Assembly: GCA_036172245.1 (NCBI GenBank)
Contig: JAYWIR010000005.1
Coordinates: 620,001-684,000 of the forward strand
Direction of reading: 5' to 3'
Source: Raillietiella orientalis
Lineage: Eukaryota
Length of the DNA stretch: 64,000 nt
How positions within the stretch are numbered: position 1 is the stretch's first letter; each line of letters opens with the position of its first letter. This document shows, piece by piece, positions 1 to 13,913 of the stretch. The position numbers and the translations under genes were made by a program. The notes beneath the pieces are model-generated. The model was not told the DNA's origin and did not search any database. It saw only the letters and a list, made by a program, of their open reading frames with translations.

Positions 1-3000
1 ACCCTGCCGTGGTGGCGGCAGCGGGTGAAGTTCCACAGGCGCGGGGCAGCCGGCCCCACGCCCGCCTGAACTGACCGAGGCGGGCGGAACGAGGAAGAGG
101 GGCCCGGCGAGTTCGGATCGCGCCCCAGGGTGATCCCCCGCGGCGGAAGGGACTGCCTCCCGGAGAAGTCCGCACTCGGGCGATGCCGCGTGCACTTGGC
201 AGGGCCGCCACCTACGCTCCCTGCCCGCGGTGCATTGCCGGAAGGCAGAGACCCCTCCGGAGAGGGTAGATGGCGAGCGCGCAAGAAACGCGCGCCTTCC
301 GGTTGGAGCTACGGGCGGCGGTTTCGTCGAGCTGTTTCCGGCGAAAATCACCCAGCACCACCGCTCGTCGGGGAAAGGAGACGTAGCTCGTACCAGCCGG
401 GGAGGTCGTAGCCGGTCTGCAGCTCAGCTCGGGGGGGTCAAGTGGGGAATTCGGCGAATGGATCTCCGTGGCTACAGGATCATCCCCGAGAGGGGGCAGC
501 GCGACGAGGGGGTGGGTGGGAAGATCGAAACCAGCCAGGATCCCTTTCGACGAGGGTTCGAAGCGGTGGAGACTCCCGCCGGAACGTGCGTCCGCCCGGC
601 TCGCGCTAGAGGGGAGGGAGGGGAGCGAAGGGGAGCCGCCGAAAGCGACGCGCCGCCATCAACCACAGGGGAGGGAGGCATCGGAATCCCGGCTTCCGGA
701 GGAAGGAACCATGGAAACCAAAGTGCGTTCCAAAGGGGAGGCCGTAAATATTCCCGAAATACGACGCGGGCGGAGCTCGCGTTCACCCGCTCGGGAGAAA
801 GGCGGGGGAGGAAAACCGCGCAGGCGCAGGGAGACCCGCCCTCTGCGCTGCTGCGGGAAAGAGCGGCCCCCGCGGAAGACAAGCCCTTCCGCTCTTGCGG
901 GAAATGCTAAGTCACCGAGAACTGAGCGGAGGAAGCGGCCGACTCGGGAGTCCCTCGTACCGGGAAAACACCGCTCTCAGGAGCCGTCGAGGACTTCCGG
1001 CGCCCGAGGGATGGGAACCCCCGGAGGAATGGAGAGATCCCGCAGGCCTGGTCCACGGGACGATCGTCGCACCGCAGGCTATGCGCCGCGGAAACGAAAA
1101 GCAGGAGGACCGCGGGAAAGAACCAGCGGCCGACAGGAAAGCGCGATGCCGCCGTGAGCCCGTTGCCGTGCAACGCCTCGAAGGAAGGAACTCCCCCCCG
1201 CTGGAGGCTGTGCAGCTGCTGCGTCCTTCCCACGCATTCGAATATCACAGGTTCGAATCCCCCCCAGGGATGCGTGGTGGGGTTCGAGTCCAGCTCGCAA
1301 GATGATGCTGGTCGGCCGGAAAGTTCTGGATGCCCTCGGAGGAGGACGCTGACTCCCCTACGCTGACCCGGGGGGTCCCCTGTGAGGCTTTCCCGCTCGC
1401 TCCAGCAAGGGAGCGGCTCTTCGGTGGAAAGGCAGGACATGCGACTGACCTGACCTGCCCCGTGACCGCCGAGATCTTTTTTGGACGATGAGGAACGGCC
1501 TGACGAAAAAAATACCCGAGGAGGAGGCTGGGAGGGTCCGCAGAGAGATTTTTTTTTTTTTTTTTTCGTTTTCCGGCAACGTGCCGTACGCCTTTTCCCC
1601 GCCTTGACAGTGGGGACCCTGAGGAACGGGCAGCCCAGTTCGGGGAGGCTCAACCCCCGAGGGCACGCAGCGTCCGGATCGGAGGCGCCGCACGCGCGTC
1701 CTGGAATACGCCGTTCCCGAATAGGGCTCGAATCTGTATCCTGGAACGACCGACAGGACTTCCGAACCCGCCATCGAGATGCTTCCCCCGGAAAGAAGGA
1801 GAGAGCAGCGGGGGGTCAACCGAGGTCGTCCGCCTGCCGCCATCCCGCGTCTCTGCCTGCTTCCTCCCGAGCCAAACGGGCGATCCTCTTGATCCGCGGA
1901 AGAGAGCGGAGGCGATACGGGGTAGCAGGGTGTGGGGCGAGGAGAGGAGTTTCCGTCACTGCAATGGCGTGCCAGCGCTGCTGCGTATGGACGCCTGCCG
2001 CGGGCAGAGGGACACGGGAGGAAGGATGGTCCGCAGCACCGGCAAGCATCGCGCATCGCTACGGGACCCCTCCCCGTTCCCAAGGAAACGAGCTTGGTCG
2101 CGAGCGTCGTCTCGGGGATTGCGATATAGCCATCCGCGACCCAAGGTGCTCCCAGCTAGACGGTGCCCGCCCCCAGCCTGGACCAAAGCCGCCGTCACTC
2201 CCCCTCGGCAGATACCCGCGGAGGACGTGTCCATCCCACCGCCGCTCCTGATCTTCTGCGATTTCCCTCCCAGAGGCTACGCCTCGACGGTCGCCCCCGG
2301 GATGGAGAAACGCGGGGGAACGGGGTTGCCGAAAGTGCGACTGGAGGGCAGGAAACACTCCGTCCCTGAGGAGGGAGTTGCCAGAATGCCCGGAAGGCGA
2401 GCCGGTAGCTGGCAAGCAAGGATGTCTGGCGGCGTCGCGAAGAAACACCGGGGAAAGCTGCGGACGCCTCGTGGCAGAAGCGCGCCTAGCGGGGAAAGAA
2501 AAACAAAAACAAAAACAAAAAAAGGAAAAAAAAAAAAAAAAACGCGCGCATCCGAGAGAGACCTCTTCCCACGGCATGACCTCATCTCCGCGCTGCTCGC
2601 CAGGGAGGCGGCGACGAAAGTGCCGGCCCCATCGCAGCACGCTCTCCAGCAAGCCCAGTGCACGCGGAAGAGGGCAGAAACGGGGTCAGCCGCTCCGCTT
2701 TTTCCCAGCTCTGCTCCCTCGGGTCTTTACCTTCGCCCCGTGGGGTTTGGAGCCATCCCTTCCGCGGCGGAAGGTCGTCGTTCCCTCCGTCCTGAGAGGA
2801 CGCATGGCCGCAGGCCGAAAAGACGTAGCAGTCCAAGAGCTCCGAGGCGCGCGCCAGTGACCCCGTCTCCTGCAGGCGCGCCGGGACACAACGGTCGCAG
2901 GGCGACCCAAGCTTCCCTTGAGGACCAGCGTCCTGGCGAGGCCGTTGCTCTTTCGCCGCCGGCGACAAGCTCGGGCCAACCCGCCGTACCTTCCAGAACA

Positions 3001-5391
3001 TCCTGCATGCCGAGCCGGGGGGCGTGCCGGAGGACTGGCTGACCAGGGTGCGCGCACGCGCTCATCAGTGAGCTGTTCGAGCACGCGACGAAAAGGACAA
3101 GACGAGTTCAGCCCCTCCCGCTGGCTCGGTCTCTTCCCCAGCAGGGTGAATACGGTCCGGCACAACGGCATTCCCGCGAACGCCCGGCTGAGGTCCAGCC
3201 GTCCGTGGAGCAACCCGCGCACCCGTGCGCTGCCGAGGGACTACCACCCTAGGGTGGAAAATACTGGGGTGGCGGGCGGTTCGCCTGTCAGGAAGCAGGG
3301 AAGCGGCTCGGGGTCTGCCCGGGAGAACGGCGGGACGCACGCGTTCTCGACGGGAGTACGTCAGCGTTGCACTCCCTCTGGGCCCTCCCGGTCGTCCCGC
3401 TCCCCTCTTTCTTGCAGACGGGTGACCACCATCCAGGACCGCCTCATCGAGAGGCTCCTGCGCAGGCGAGCTAAGACGCTGCCGCGCTGCGCTCTCTCCA
3501 GGATGGAAGAAGACTTTGTCGACGTCGGACGGGCTGAAAGAGCCAGGCGCAGGCGGGAGGTGAGAGGAGAGGCGGTCGCCAGGAGCGCGTGAGACGCCTG
3601 GGAGGTTTCCACCCCGGGTGGTCTAGCACCACAGGAGTCCCGCGGAAGACACGGACGGCGCTGTGGAACCGCCGCCGCTCGATTACCGCACGCTACCGCT
3701 GCAGCTGGTGGACGACGGCGGCCATGCGGGTGGATGAGACGCAGACAAGGTTCGCCCTTTCCACCTTCCTCCCTCGTGATGGCGCCGACAGCCAGCCAGC
3801 CAGCGTCGCGCGTTCCCTCCTCCTGGGAACCTCGGTGCCCGTCCCAACGCCCTCAACCTTCGTCCCAACTCTCCCCGAGACGCCGTTTCGCTGCTGACCA
3901 GCGAGAAGTAGTAGTAGTAGTGCAGGCGCGCGTGAGCAGCCGGGAGCGACGACGCGCTCCGCCCACTTCGCCACTCGCCGTGTCTTCCTTGCAGGCGCGG
4001 CGTATCAAGCAGTTCCCCATGACCCTCGCCACCCACGTCGGCGACATCTAGTGGGACGTCGGCGGGCAGCTTCTTGAGACGTGCTGAACAACGCGGCGGC
4101 GCGGCTGACTTCTGGAGGCGGTGTCTTCCAAACACACGCTTCCCCGCGCGCCGACTCCAGGGATGACAGAGTTGAAGCGGCTCTGTGGGTGTCCTCCGTT
4201 GCCCAATCCCCGTATCAGCTCGGGTCAGCGGGGGGGGGCACCAATGCGCACGTACTCAACGGGAGGGAAGCGGATCGCGAAGACGCCATCTGCGATGCCG
4301 CCTTGGGGGTTCACGTGTGAAAAGAATGGCTGCACGTTCTCGCGAACATCACGGCGACGTAGAGCGACGGTATCTTTGTGTTCCGCGGCCTACTGCGACA
4401 AGGAGGGTGCAGGATGAAGAGGATGGTATGCTGGCCGCAGAGCACCACCCTATCCTGAGGAAGGCGGTGACTCCACCCACCCGATTTCGGTTGCCACCTT
4501 CCCGCGCATCCGCCTCTGGGAGTTGCGCGGCCTGGATCGGTTCCTCGCACCCCTTCGCGACCCGCGATCGAGAGCAGCAGCATCCATCCAGTGAGAGCAC
4601 CGGAGGCCACCGAACACTTCCGGCGTCGCCGTCTCCCCAACACCCATACCCCCTCTATCTGTGGAAGGATGGGGCGAACTGCACGGAGCTCTCGACGTCC
4701 GAGGGCACGGCCGCTGAGGCAACAAACGAAATAATCGGAATGGACCAGGTGAGAAAAAATCGCATCTTCGCGGCGACGACGCGGGGTTTGGTGCGAACGC
4801 GCGACCTCCACGCATCCCCTTCCAAACCCCTGGTCCCCCGACGGGGTGACCCTTCGGCCTGGATGGGACGTCGCGAACGGGAAGACGTCCTCAGCGATGG
4901 CACCAAAAAGGAATCCCGACGGCGCGGGTTCGAACGGAACCGCGCATGTCCAGAAGGAGCTCGCTCCCTGGTCGTCGTCCGAGTCAAACCGGAAGGTGCA
5001 CCTGATCTGGTCGTCCTTGTCCTCGACCCCCGCGACACGCTGCTCAACTGAGACGTGTTCTCGGCCGCTTCGACGACCGCGGAGGCGGGTCGCAGCAGGC
5101 ATGGGAAGGGAGAGGGGGACGTGCATCACCACCATCGCCTTCGGAAACACCCGTGAACGACCCCGTGCCGTCCGTTCGTGTACGTGGCCGCGCCAGCAGC
5201 ACGCCCGGTTGCCGGAGGGCTCAGCGGAACGCACCCGACTGCAAACCTGCCGGCGAAACCATCGAAGAGTTGCAACTCGTCAGGTTGTGATGGAGGATGG
5301 GAAGGAGGGGGGGGGGGGATGAGATGGGAAACGAAGAAGCATGACACCTGGAAAGGCGATCGCGCGTGCGAGAGAGCTGCTAAGGAGCAAT

Positions 5392-5847
5392 CCACGGTAA
5401 CGGAAGGGGGGGGGGAGACTCGCGGTTGTCGGGGGCGATGCAGAGGCAAAAGAGGAGCCTGCAAGAGAGGTGATTAGGTCGCCGGGTAGGTGAGGTGAGT
5501 CCCTGCACTCGCTCGCCGCCGCCTCGCTCGACCTACCCGGAAAGGTCCGAAAGGGAGGGCGGGCTCGGACGCCCCGAGGGTGAGGACAGCTGCCTGCAAC
5601 CCACCACCACCGACGCTCCAATCGCCGATATCTCCCTCCACCCCTCCCTGGGGGGGGGGGGAGACAGTCGAGACGACGACGACACGCCTAGCGCGGGGCG
5701 AAAGGTCGGGTCTTGGGCGGCCCCCGCGAGGGCAGGCAGGAAATCCGTCGCTGCGCTGCTCATCGAACGGGAAGGGGGGCGCGGAAGCCGCCGGGAAGAC
5801 GGGAGACTGGATAGGGAAGGAGGACGCGGCCGACGAGGGGGCCGCCG
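5392..5847. repeat. Dispersed ~450-bp duplicated segment, copy 1
   Basis: Near-identical to 13471-13913; e.g. ...cctgcaagagaggtgattaggtcgccgggtagg...cgacgctccaatcgccgatatctccctccacccctccc... occurs in both. Differences are small indels and substitutions. Confidence 0.92.
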
Positions 5848-6332
5848 CTCGTGCGACCGATTTCGCCGATGGGGCGGGGTGGGGGGGAGGCAAAGAATGT
5901 GCGTCGCTGACTCGGTCTGGGATGAAGGCGGCTGCCGAGCAACCGAACCGCTGTCCCGGAATACCCCCTACCCCTCTAGCCCCGGGCCGATCAGTTGCGG
6001 TCGGAAGCTGCCAGGCTGCCTTCGCAGGGCCACGCGACCGGCACGTTCCGGGTGGAGCTGCAGGGTCCGACTGCAAGCAGCGGCTTCTTCCCCCGAGGCA
6101 TGCCCGTGTCGCCGCCGCCGGCACGCCAGGAGAGTGCCGCCAGCTGCTGGCCGCACGGCTCGCTCGTGTTCGGGTCCTGAAGACCTGGTCGCCCTCCCCC
6201 GGAGACGTCCACCCTCCCGGAGCGACCCAGCGTTTCGAGGGCAGGCAAGCCTTCACGCGCGCCAACACGCAGGTGAAGAAGGGCCTTGGCCCGCCTCCCC
6301 CGCCACCGTCAAAAGGGGAACACAGGACGTAC

Positions 6333-6396
6333 CTTTGCTAGCGGGTCTGATGTCGGTGCTGAACTCCATGGCGTCGCGATGCAACCCTCATGGGAC
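6333..6396 (-). other. Candidate isolated exon (may encode MEFSTDIRPASK)
   Basis: Minus strand: ctaat branch-like motif then gtttcag acceptor; aaag|gtacgt donor. No recognisable protein family. Confidence 0.3.
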
Positions 6397-9300
6397 CTGA
6401 AACGGCAAGCGCGCATTAGGGGAAAGGCACGACGTGGGGCGCAGGTCCGCGAAAAGTGACCGACAAGCGGCGGCGAAGAACGCGGCGCAAACGCGTGCCG
6501 CCACGGCACGTCGCGACAGCCGAACCGATCGATCGATTTACTTTAGTGGCTTCCGCAGCGAACCCGTTCCCGCGCCGCGGCCCGGCCGTGGTCACTCGCG
6601 GCCCGCCTGCATCTTCCTCCTCTCCTTCATCCTCGGCAACTCGAAAGGGAAAAGAAGGAAAAAAATCGCCCCGGGGATGGGGAGGGGAGGGAGCGGGTGG
6701 ATTGGGGCAGGGGCAAAAAAAAAAAAAAAAGTCCAGGAGCGAGGAGGAGCTCGCGGGATGTCACGTCGCCGCGATGACTCGCCGCTGCTCGCGTCTCTCA
6801 CCACCGAAACGAAAATCCGGAATGGCAACACTGATCGCACACGTGCGCCGCCGCCGCCGCGTCAGAGTGCCGACTGTCATCCGACGTGACGATCGACAAC
6901 TTGTGATCCTCTCCTCTTCCCATTTCTCTCCTTCCCCTGCTACGCTTGAACATTGACTGGGAGGGGGATAGATTAGCATAATGGTCACACCAGCAGGAAC
7001 GACGCATGCAAAGTAACAAAAAAAAATACATCGCGCAGAGATCGTACGCGTTTTTTTTTTTTTATTTCTATTTGTTTTTTAATACTCATGCGCTCATATT
7101 CCTCCACGTGAATCACAAACGCACACTTTGCAAATTTCGTCAAGGAGGGAGGAGGAGGGGGGGGGGTGGAAGAGATCATGGCAACGAGAGTTCCGAAAGT
7201 AAACAAGGCGATAAGGACACGCAAACACGAGAAATTTCAAAAGATCGGATGGACCTTTGGAGGGAAGAAGTATGGCTCTGCTACTTACGCGCACTGCTCG
7301 CGGACGAAGATGCCCGTGCAGGAAGCCAACGAAACCCAAAGAAGCAAAGAGAAATAAGAAGGCGAAGAAGAAAAACTTTCAGGAGCACGAACGTGTTGCA
7401 CAGAGCTTTTTCTAAGCAGTCTCAGTCGCACCGGAAGTGAGACACCGTACGAGGAGGGGGATACGAGGGGTAAATCAATAAGCATGGATCCTGCCGAAGG
7501 AGAAAAAGGAAGAGAGAGCGCAACTGGAAGAAAAGGGGTTTCCGGGTTACCTGCGCACGTGAAGAATTCGAAATCAGGAGGAGCGGAAGGGGGGGGGGGA
7601 GAAACGGCCAACACGCCGCCGCCGCGGAGTGACGCAACAATGGCACGACCCGTTCGAGGCGGCGGTTTCCGCGGTAACCGCGGCGGCAGTCGAACCTGCG
7701 AAGAATTCGCGTTCGATTCCGCTCTTCCCCCCATCGACACGGGCGGCTTCGCTCGACAGGGGAGGGGGAGAGGAAGAGTCCACTGCGGTCTCTCCTGCTC
7801 CCACGATGCAGAATTCCGCGTTCCCCCTTCCTTTTTTTCCTGCTTCTCCTTTCCCGAATGACTGCTGCTGTCGCACTGCCGCGCTTCGTGCGATCGCGAG
7901 GGGGATAAGTGAAGCAGCAGCAGCAGCAGCAGCGATGGCGTTTCGGGAGACGCTCCAGGACCGGGAAGGAGGAGGGTAAGGGGGGAATTTTCCGCGCGTG
8001 GCCCCCGTCCGACGCTGGTGCTGCTTTCTCCCCTGCCCTGAAAACCTTCGATTCTGCCTCCCACGCCAGCGTTTCCACAGCTTCACAGCCGAAGGAGGAG
8101 GAGGAGGAGGATCCCGGAGAGACGCGTGCAGCCCGCTCGCCACCGCCGCACGCTTTCAGGTGCGCTACGACGGCGGCGCCAAGGCGACCGCTAAGCAGAG
8201 AAACGAAAGCGCGTGGCGCATGTGCGCGCTGCTCGCACTTCTGCCGCAAGCGGCTGCCACTCCGCGCGGGCTCGGGGTACAGTTTGTATAGGCGCAGGTT
8301 GCCCCTCGCCCGACATCCCGGCGGGGTCACACGAAACAATTCATCCTCCCCCCCTTTTCCTCTCGATTCAGAGCGACGACCACCATCACCGGTCATTCTT
8401 TTTTTTTTCCCCTCCAAAGGAGGACCACGCGCATCAGAGGTGGTGGCTGCTACGCGGGCGCGGTGGGACGACGCGCAATGCCCCTCTCCTTGGGGGAGAG
8501 AAGGGGGGGGGGGGGAGGACAGGAATTCGCAGCTAGAAGGCGGTGCCATGGCGCGAGAAGGCGTTGCTGTGGCTTCAGCTGGAGCGCACGCGCAGCGGCA
8601 CAGTTGCTGCGACGCCAGGAACGACGAGAAACAAAAAAACAAAACAAAACGGGGGTGCGGCGACGGAGGGGGGAGGAGGATGGCGACGAAAGTGCTGAGC
8701 ACGACAGGGGGCGAGAAATGCCGAGTGTGCTGAGGGGGAGGAGGGGGAGGAAGAGGAGGATGTGAAGGGGGCGAGGCCTTCCGCGGGCCGTCAGGAGCGA
8801 TGACGCGGCACTTTTTATTTTGAAACGGGGGGGGAACCCTGCGAGCCGTGGACGACGTGCCAAGGCCGGCCGCAGGCGAGGAGGAGGAGGAAGACGGCGC
8901 CCAACCACTGCGCGAACGAGGGACGAATCCACGGTCCGTCTCCCCTTCCCGTCCTCCGCAGCTGTCGGACCTTCGGGGGGCCGCTCGCCCTTGTTCAGGA
9001 GGCTTCACGTGGACCGGGGAGAGGGGAAAGGAGCTGTCCTGTCGTTCGAGACGAGAGAGAGAGACAGAAAAAAAAAGGGTCAAGGAGGGGGAAGGGGATG
9101 GTAGCGGCCAGAGAGAACGGAGGTCAGATCAGGGGTCAATACATAGGGAGGGAATGGATGAGGCACAGATTCGAACGCGGCGCGGCGGCAAGCCGCCCGC
9201 AAGCGGAAGGCGAGTGAGCACGGATGACGTCACGCCGCGGTCGTGCGAGCATCGAGTCAGCCCTGCCACGCAGAGTCACGGGCGAAGGACGACGCCCAGC

Positions 9301-10717
9301 GCGCCCGCTGCGTCCGGAGGGAAGAAGGGCGGCCGCCTTCCTCGCCAGCGTACCGCGGAACCTGCGCGCGCTCAAGGGACACTTGAGACGTGCGCGCGTA
9401 GCATCATCTCTCCCCCCCCCCCCCCGACCATCCGTCGGAAAAGCGCAGCTTCCCCTTTTCGCGGAGGCTGGGCGCTGTCGTGGACCTCTGCCGCCGGTGG
9501 CGTGCGCGGGAAGAGGCGCAACTCATTCATGGGGAGGTGAGGGGGGGGGACTATCTGCATCCCAGACGCTGGTGAAAGCCTCCGAAACAAAGGAGACAGG
9601 CGCGTAGCACACGCAGCGGCGGCGTGGAGGGATGTGCAAAAGAAAAAAAAAAAGAAGCAAACACACAAAACCCGCAAACAAAACAAACCGTCCAACAGCT
9701 GCATAGCGCTTCCGACGACGCTCGAGCGGCGCCATTGCGCTCCCGGTAGTCAGGACGATCCGGAAACTGTCTCCTTGCTCTGCGCGTGCAGGCAAAAGGA
9801 TCCGACCGCAATCGATCAGCTTGGGAAAGAGGAAGGGGGACGGGGGGGGGGGGGGGGAAGCAAAAACGATAAGGAGAGGAGGAGGGGAGAAGGGCAGCGG
9901 CGGTGGTGGTGCACGTACCATGGTTGCCGTCCATCCCGGCCGGCCGGCCTGATCCCACCCAGGCTACATCCCGCCAGGAGCGCCCGTAACCAACGCCGCC
10001 GAGCGCAACGCTCTCCCGTATGCGGCAGCGCGCGCGCCACGAACCGAACGCGAAATCATCAATGACTTTCAAGGCCACAGCGTCCCGGATGCCATGCAAC
10101 ACGCACGCACCTCCCCTCCCCCCCCCCATGCTCACCTGATCCACACCGATGCGTTTCAACACAGTTCGCGGCCCGATCGAAAGGGATTTTATGCACTTAG
10201 CGCTCGGCGTTTCCACAGGAACCGTGCTTCCTCATTCTCGGGATGGTTTGGGGCACGCACTCTACCGGGGAAACCGTCCCACTGACCACGGGGGCGGGTG
10301 GATGGGTGGGAAGGGGAAGGGAGGGCAAGAGATGATGGCATAGGAGGCGCGCCGGTCGCCGCCGCCGCCGGTGCTGCTGCTTTTTTTTTTTTTTTTTTTT
10401 TTTTTTCAGGAGCGAGGCGCAAGGCAACGGGGAAGAGGCACTGCAGTGTTTTCGCCGCTTGGGACAGCGGGAAGCGAAGCTCCCATTCAGGACACGCTAC
10501 TCCCTTGGCTTCTTCTTCACGGGAACTCCGGGTGAGCGCCGCGTATCTTTAGATTTTCATTAATCAACTGTGGGGGGAACACCGGCAATAGTTCCACTAG
10601 CAAGACATCTATCGATTCCCTTCCCAGGCCAAAAATAATCCTGGCTCGACGAGGGGCAAGATGTGGGTTAAGAATAACGTGCCGCCGCATACGACCAGTA
10701 CAACTCAATGTTACCGG

Positions 10718-10743
10718 TTAAAAATAGTGGGGGTTAAAAATAG
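10718..10743 (+). promoter_or_regulatory. Tandem MEF2-type sites (TTAAAAATAG x2)
   Basis: Two exact YTA(W)4TAR matches 16 bp apart in an AT-richer island inside GC-rich DNA. Confidence 0.45.
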
Positions 10744-13470
10744 CACAGCCAGCAGATCGATTTTTACCCAGCTTTCATTGTTCTCGATGCCGGACCGAAG
10801 GCGTACCCATGGAAACCGCACAGACGATCGCTCCGCGTGGCCAGAACGTTCCCGCGATGTCGCACGCACGCACACGCTCCTCCCGCGGCTCGTTTGCGTG
10901 CGTGCGCGTACGGCGGCGGTGCTCTCCCGAAGCAAAAAAAAAAAAAAACAGACGCGGAGGAAAGACCGACGGACGGGGGGAGCCAGCCAGCCAGCCAGCC
11001 TCTCCCTCCCTCTCTCCTTCGACAGCCTGTCCCGAAAATTAAGGCTCATCCGAACGGTTTCCGGGGCTGCGAGCGCGGACCGCCGCCCAACCCTTTATGG
11101 CTCCATTCGGTCGAAGGAGGAGACGATGAATGCGCGAGCGACGTGTTCATGGGAAGGGGGGAGGGGTAGGCCGAACGCATTTTTTTCTCTCTCTCTGCCT
11201 CTCTCTCCTCAAATCCTTGGGTCTACGCGCGCGCACATTTGTCATGGCTGCTACTGAGTTACTCCTTCTGCGGAGGCTTAGCAGAGGTACGTGCTGCTGA
11301 ATGAAAGGAAACCCTCAGCAGAAAGTGCAGTGCCGTTCGTTCGCGTCGCTCCAGCCACCACGCAGGGGAGGGAGGGAAACTTTGGTGCGTGCCGCCCGCC
11401 TCGAAGACGCCGCCTGGCGGTCGCAGGATGGGAACGCGCGCGTCCCCCCTCCGTCCCCTTCCTCGAAAGTGGCCGTGCTGAACGTGCTGCTGCCGTCCGA
11501 TCCTTCCACCTTGCGAGCCGAATCGGCTCGGCTGGCGGGAGACTTCCAAGCAACGGGTGGGTGGGACGGCATCCGTTCAGACGCAGCCACCAGCGGAGGG
11601 AGGCCGCATCCTCGGACCCGGGATTCGCCGCTTCCTTCCTTCTCTTTAGTTTTATAGTTGGGGGGGGGGGGGGGCTTGTGTTGCCTGAGGATGCCCTGCC
11701 GGGTATCGACGGTCCAACCGGCGAGCTGGATCTCTCGGGCTGGATGCACCGGCCGGCGGTGGAGACTGCGAGCGAATCGGTCGAAAGGTGGGGGGGGCAG
11801 GTGAAGAGGACGCAACAGCTGCATGACTTGAGGCACCGAAAGATGAAACAAACGGCAGAGGCGGGGGGGGGGGGGAAGACCACCGCCCCGAGTGGAGCAC
11901 CTCGGCGGTCAGTTCATTCCTCACAAACGGACGTTTGCGAATTTTTTTTTTCCTTCTTCGAAAGGGTCACGCGGACAAACAAAGAAAAAACGTCGCGGTT
12001 CGCGGATTCCGCAGGGCCGGTTCAGGGAAAGGGCACAGCGCAAGAACACCAACACGATCCCGCCGCTGCTGAATTGGCCACAGTCGATGCAACACGGCAG
12101 GAAGCTACCGCCTCGGACGCGGCCTTCTTTCCCGAGCGCGTCTTTCGAACCCCCGTCTGTCATCGGGGAGACGGTTTGCGGGGAACCGAGCATCCGGGAT
12201 GAGGCAACGCTGATCCCGTTCGCGCGGCCGGGAGAGGCAGGCGGCGGCCGCGACGACGGACGGCGAAGGTGTTGTGTGCCTCCTCTGAACGGAGGGCGGG
12301 TGCGTACGTCCCCCCACGCGGAGGGGGCAGCGCGCACCGCCGCCGGGGGAGGGGGATGTGCATGCGCACCTCGGAGTGCACCACCCGGGACTCGCGAAGG
12401 GAAGGGAGGGGGGGAACCGCCGACGCTGCTCCTCCGTGCGTCACGCTGGTTTTCGACCTGCGTAAAAGGGCAAATATAGACACCGGAAGCGAAGGATTTT
12501 TCCGGGGGGGGGAGGGGGAAGGGGAGTGCGTCGTCAAAGAAGGCAGGCACACGCGCGCAACCAGCGGCAAGGCCATTCTCCTCTCTCGAGGGGGGGTCGG
12601 AAGTGTGCCAACAGGTCAACGAAATGCTCGCAGAAGTGGCGGAGGAGGGAGAAGAAAACCGTTAGCTCGTTCGACCTGAGCGTTCTGCTGTGCGTGCAGG
12701 AAAAAAAAAACGCCAGGGGACATTCGTCAGGCCTTTGCGCCGCCCCACCACCACCTCCGCTGGAGCATCCAACGCCGCCGCCGCTCCAGAGCAAGGCGGA
12801 AATTCTTCTCCTTCCACCCCCCCCCCCTCCTCTTTTTTTTCCCTCTCGGACAAACGAATTTGCGTGAATGAAACGATCGGAAGTGCACGCGCGCTCTCCG
12901 TTTCCGTGCGCAGCGAGCGCGGAGCACACCGGATGTGCCGGTGAGCGCACCGCCGCGCGCCCTGCTGCACCCGAGCGGCCGCATGGGGTTGCGCCGAGCT
13001 CCCATTGTTGCTCGCGCGTACGCGCCGCGGTCGTCACGTGACGAGGCTTCCTCGGCCGAGGCGCAGCCGCGAGCGAGCTTTCCTTCCAGCCCGTGAGCGC
13101 GCACACGCCCCTTTGGACGGAAGGATGGGGGAGGGGAAGAAAAGGGGTAGGCGGCAAAACAGACCCACCATAAAAAACAAAACAAAACAGTGCCCTCACG
13201 GCAATAGCGCGCGCGCGTGCGCGGGGGAAGCCGCCGCGCTTCCTCCCCCGCCGCACGGCCTCCGCGCAAGAGACCGTTGAAGGGCGTGGACCCGTAGGGC
13301 TCCCGGAAGGGGGGGATCGGCTCCGGCGGCGGAGCCACATGACCGGGAAGAGTAGGGGGCAGCGGGTAATCGATGGGGTCCGCGACGCCGCAGGCGGTGT
13401 TCGCGCGCCGCGATCTCTCTCGTCGCTCCGGAGACCAGCGGCCCTTCTTCTCCGAAGACAAGGCGCGGCC

Positions 13471-13913
13471 CATGGCAACGGGGGGGGGGGAGGAACTCGC
13501 GGTTGTCGGGGACGATGCAAAGGCAAAAGAGGAACCTGCAAGAGAGGTGATTAGGTCGCCGGGTAGGTGAGTCCCTGCACTCGCTCGCCGCCGCCTCGCT
13601 CGACCTACCCGGAAAGGTCCGAAAGGGAGGGCGGGCTCGGACGCCCCGAGGGTGAGGACAGCTGCCTGCAACCCCCCACCACCGACGCTCCAATCGCCGA
13701 TATCTCCCTCCACCCCTCCCTGGGGGGGGGAGGGGAGACAGTCGAGACGACGACGACACGCCTAGCGCGGGGCGAAAGGTCGGGTCTTGGGCGGCCCCCG
13801 CGAGGGCAGGCAGGAAATCCGTCGCCGCGCTGCTCATCGAACAGGAAGGGGGGCGCGGAAGCCGCCGGGAGACTGCATAGGGGAGGAGGACGCGGCCGAC
13901 GACGGGGCCGCCG
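13471..13913. repeat. Dispersed ~450-bp duplicated segment, copy 2
   Basis: Direct-orientation copy of 5392-5847. Confidence 0.92.

Noticed and set aside
1228..1292. Two B-box-like motifs (ggttcgaatcc, ggttcgagtcc) suggesting a tRNA or SINE
   Set aside because: No A box, cloverleaf or acceptor stem could be built.
2576..3737. Possible plus-strand spliced gene (intron-like 3356-3417; TIQDRLIERLLRR; PPPLDYRTLPLQLV)
   Set aside because: No consistent frame or recognisable family could be assembled; it needs RNA-seq.
4655..4765. Signal-peptide-like MRFFLTWSIPIISFVASA on minus
   Set aside because: It hits a stop after ~36 codons with no convincing donor.
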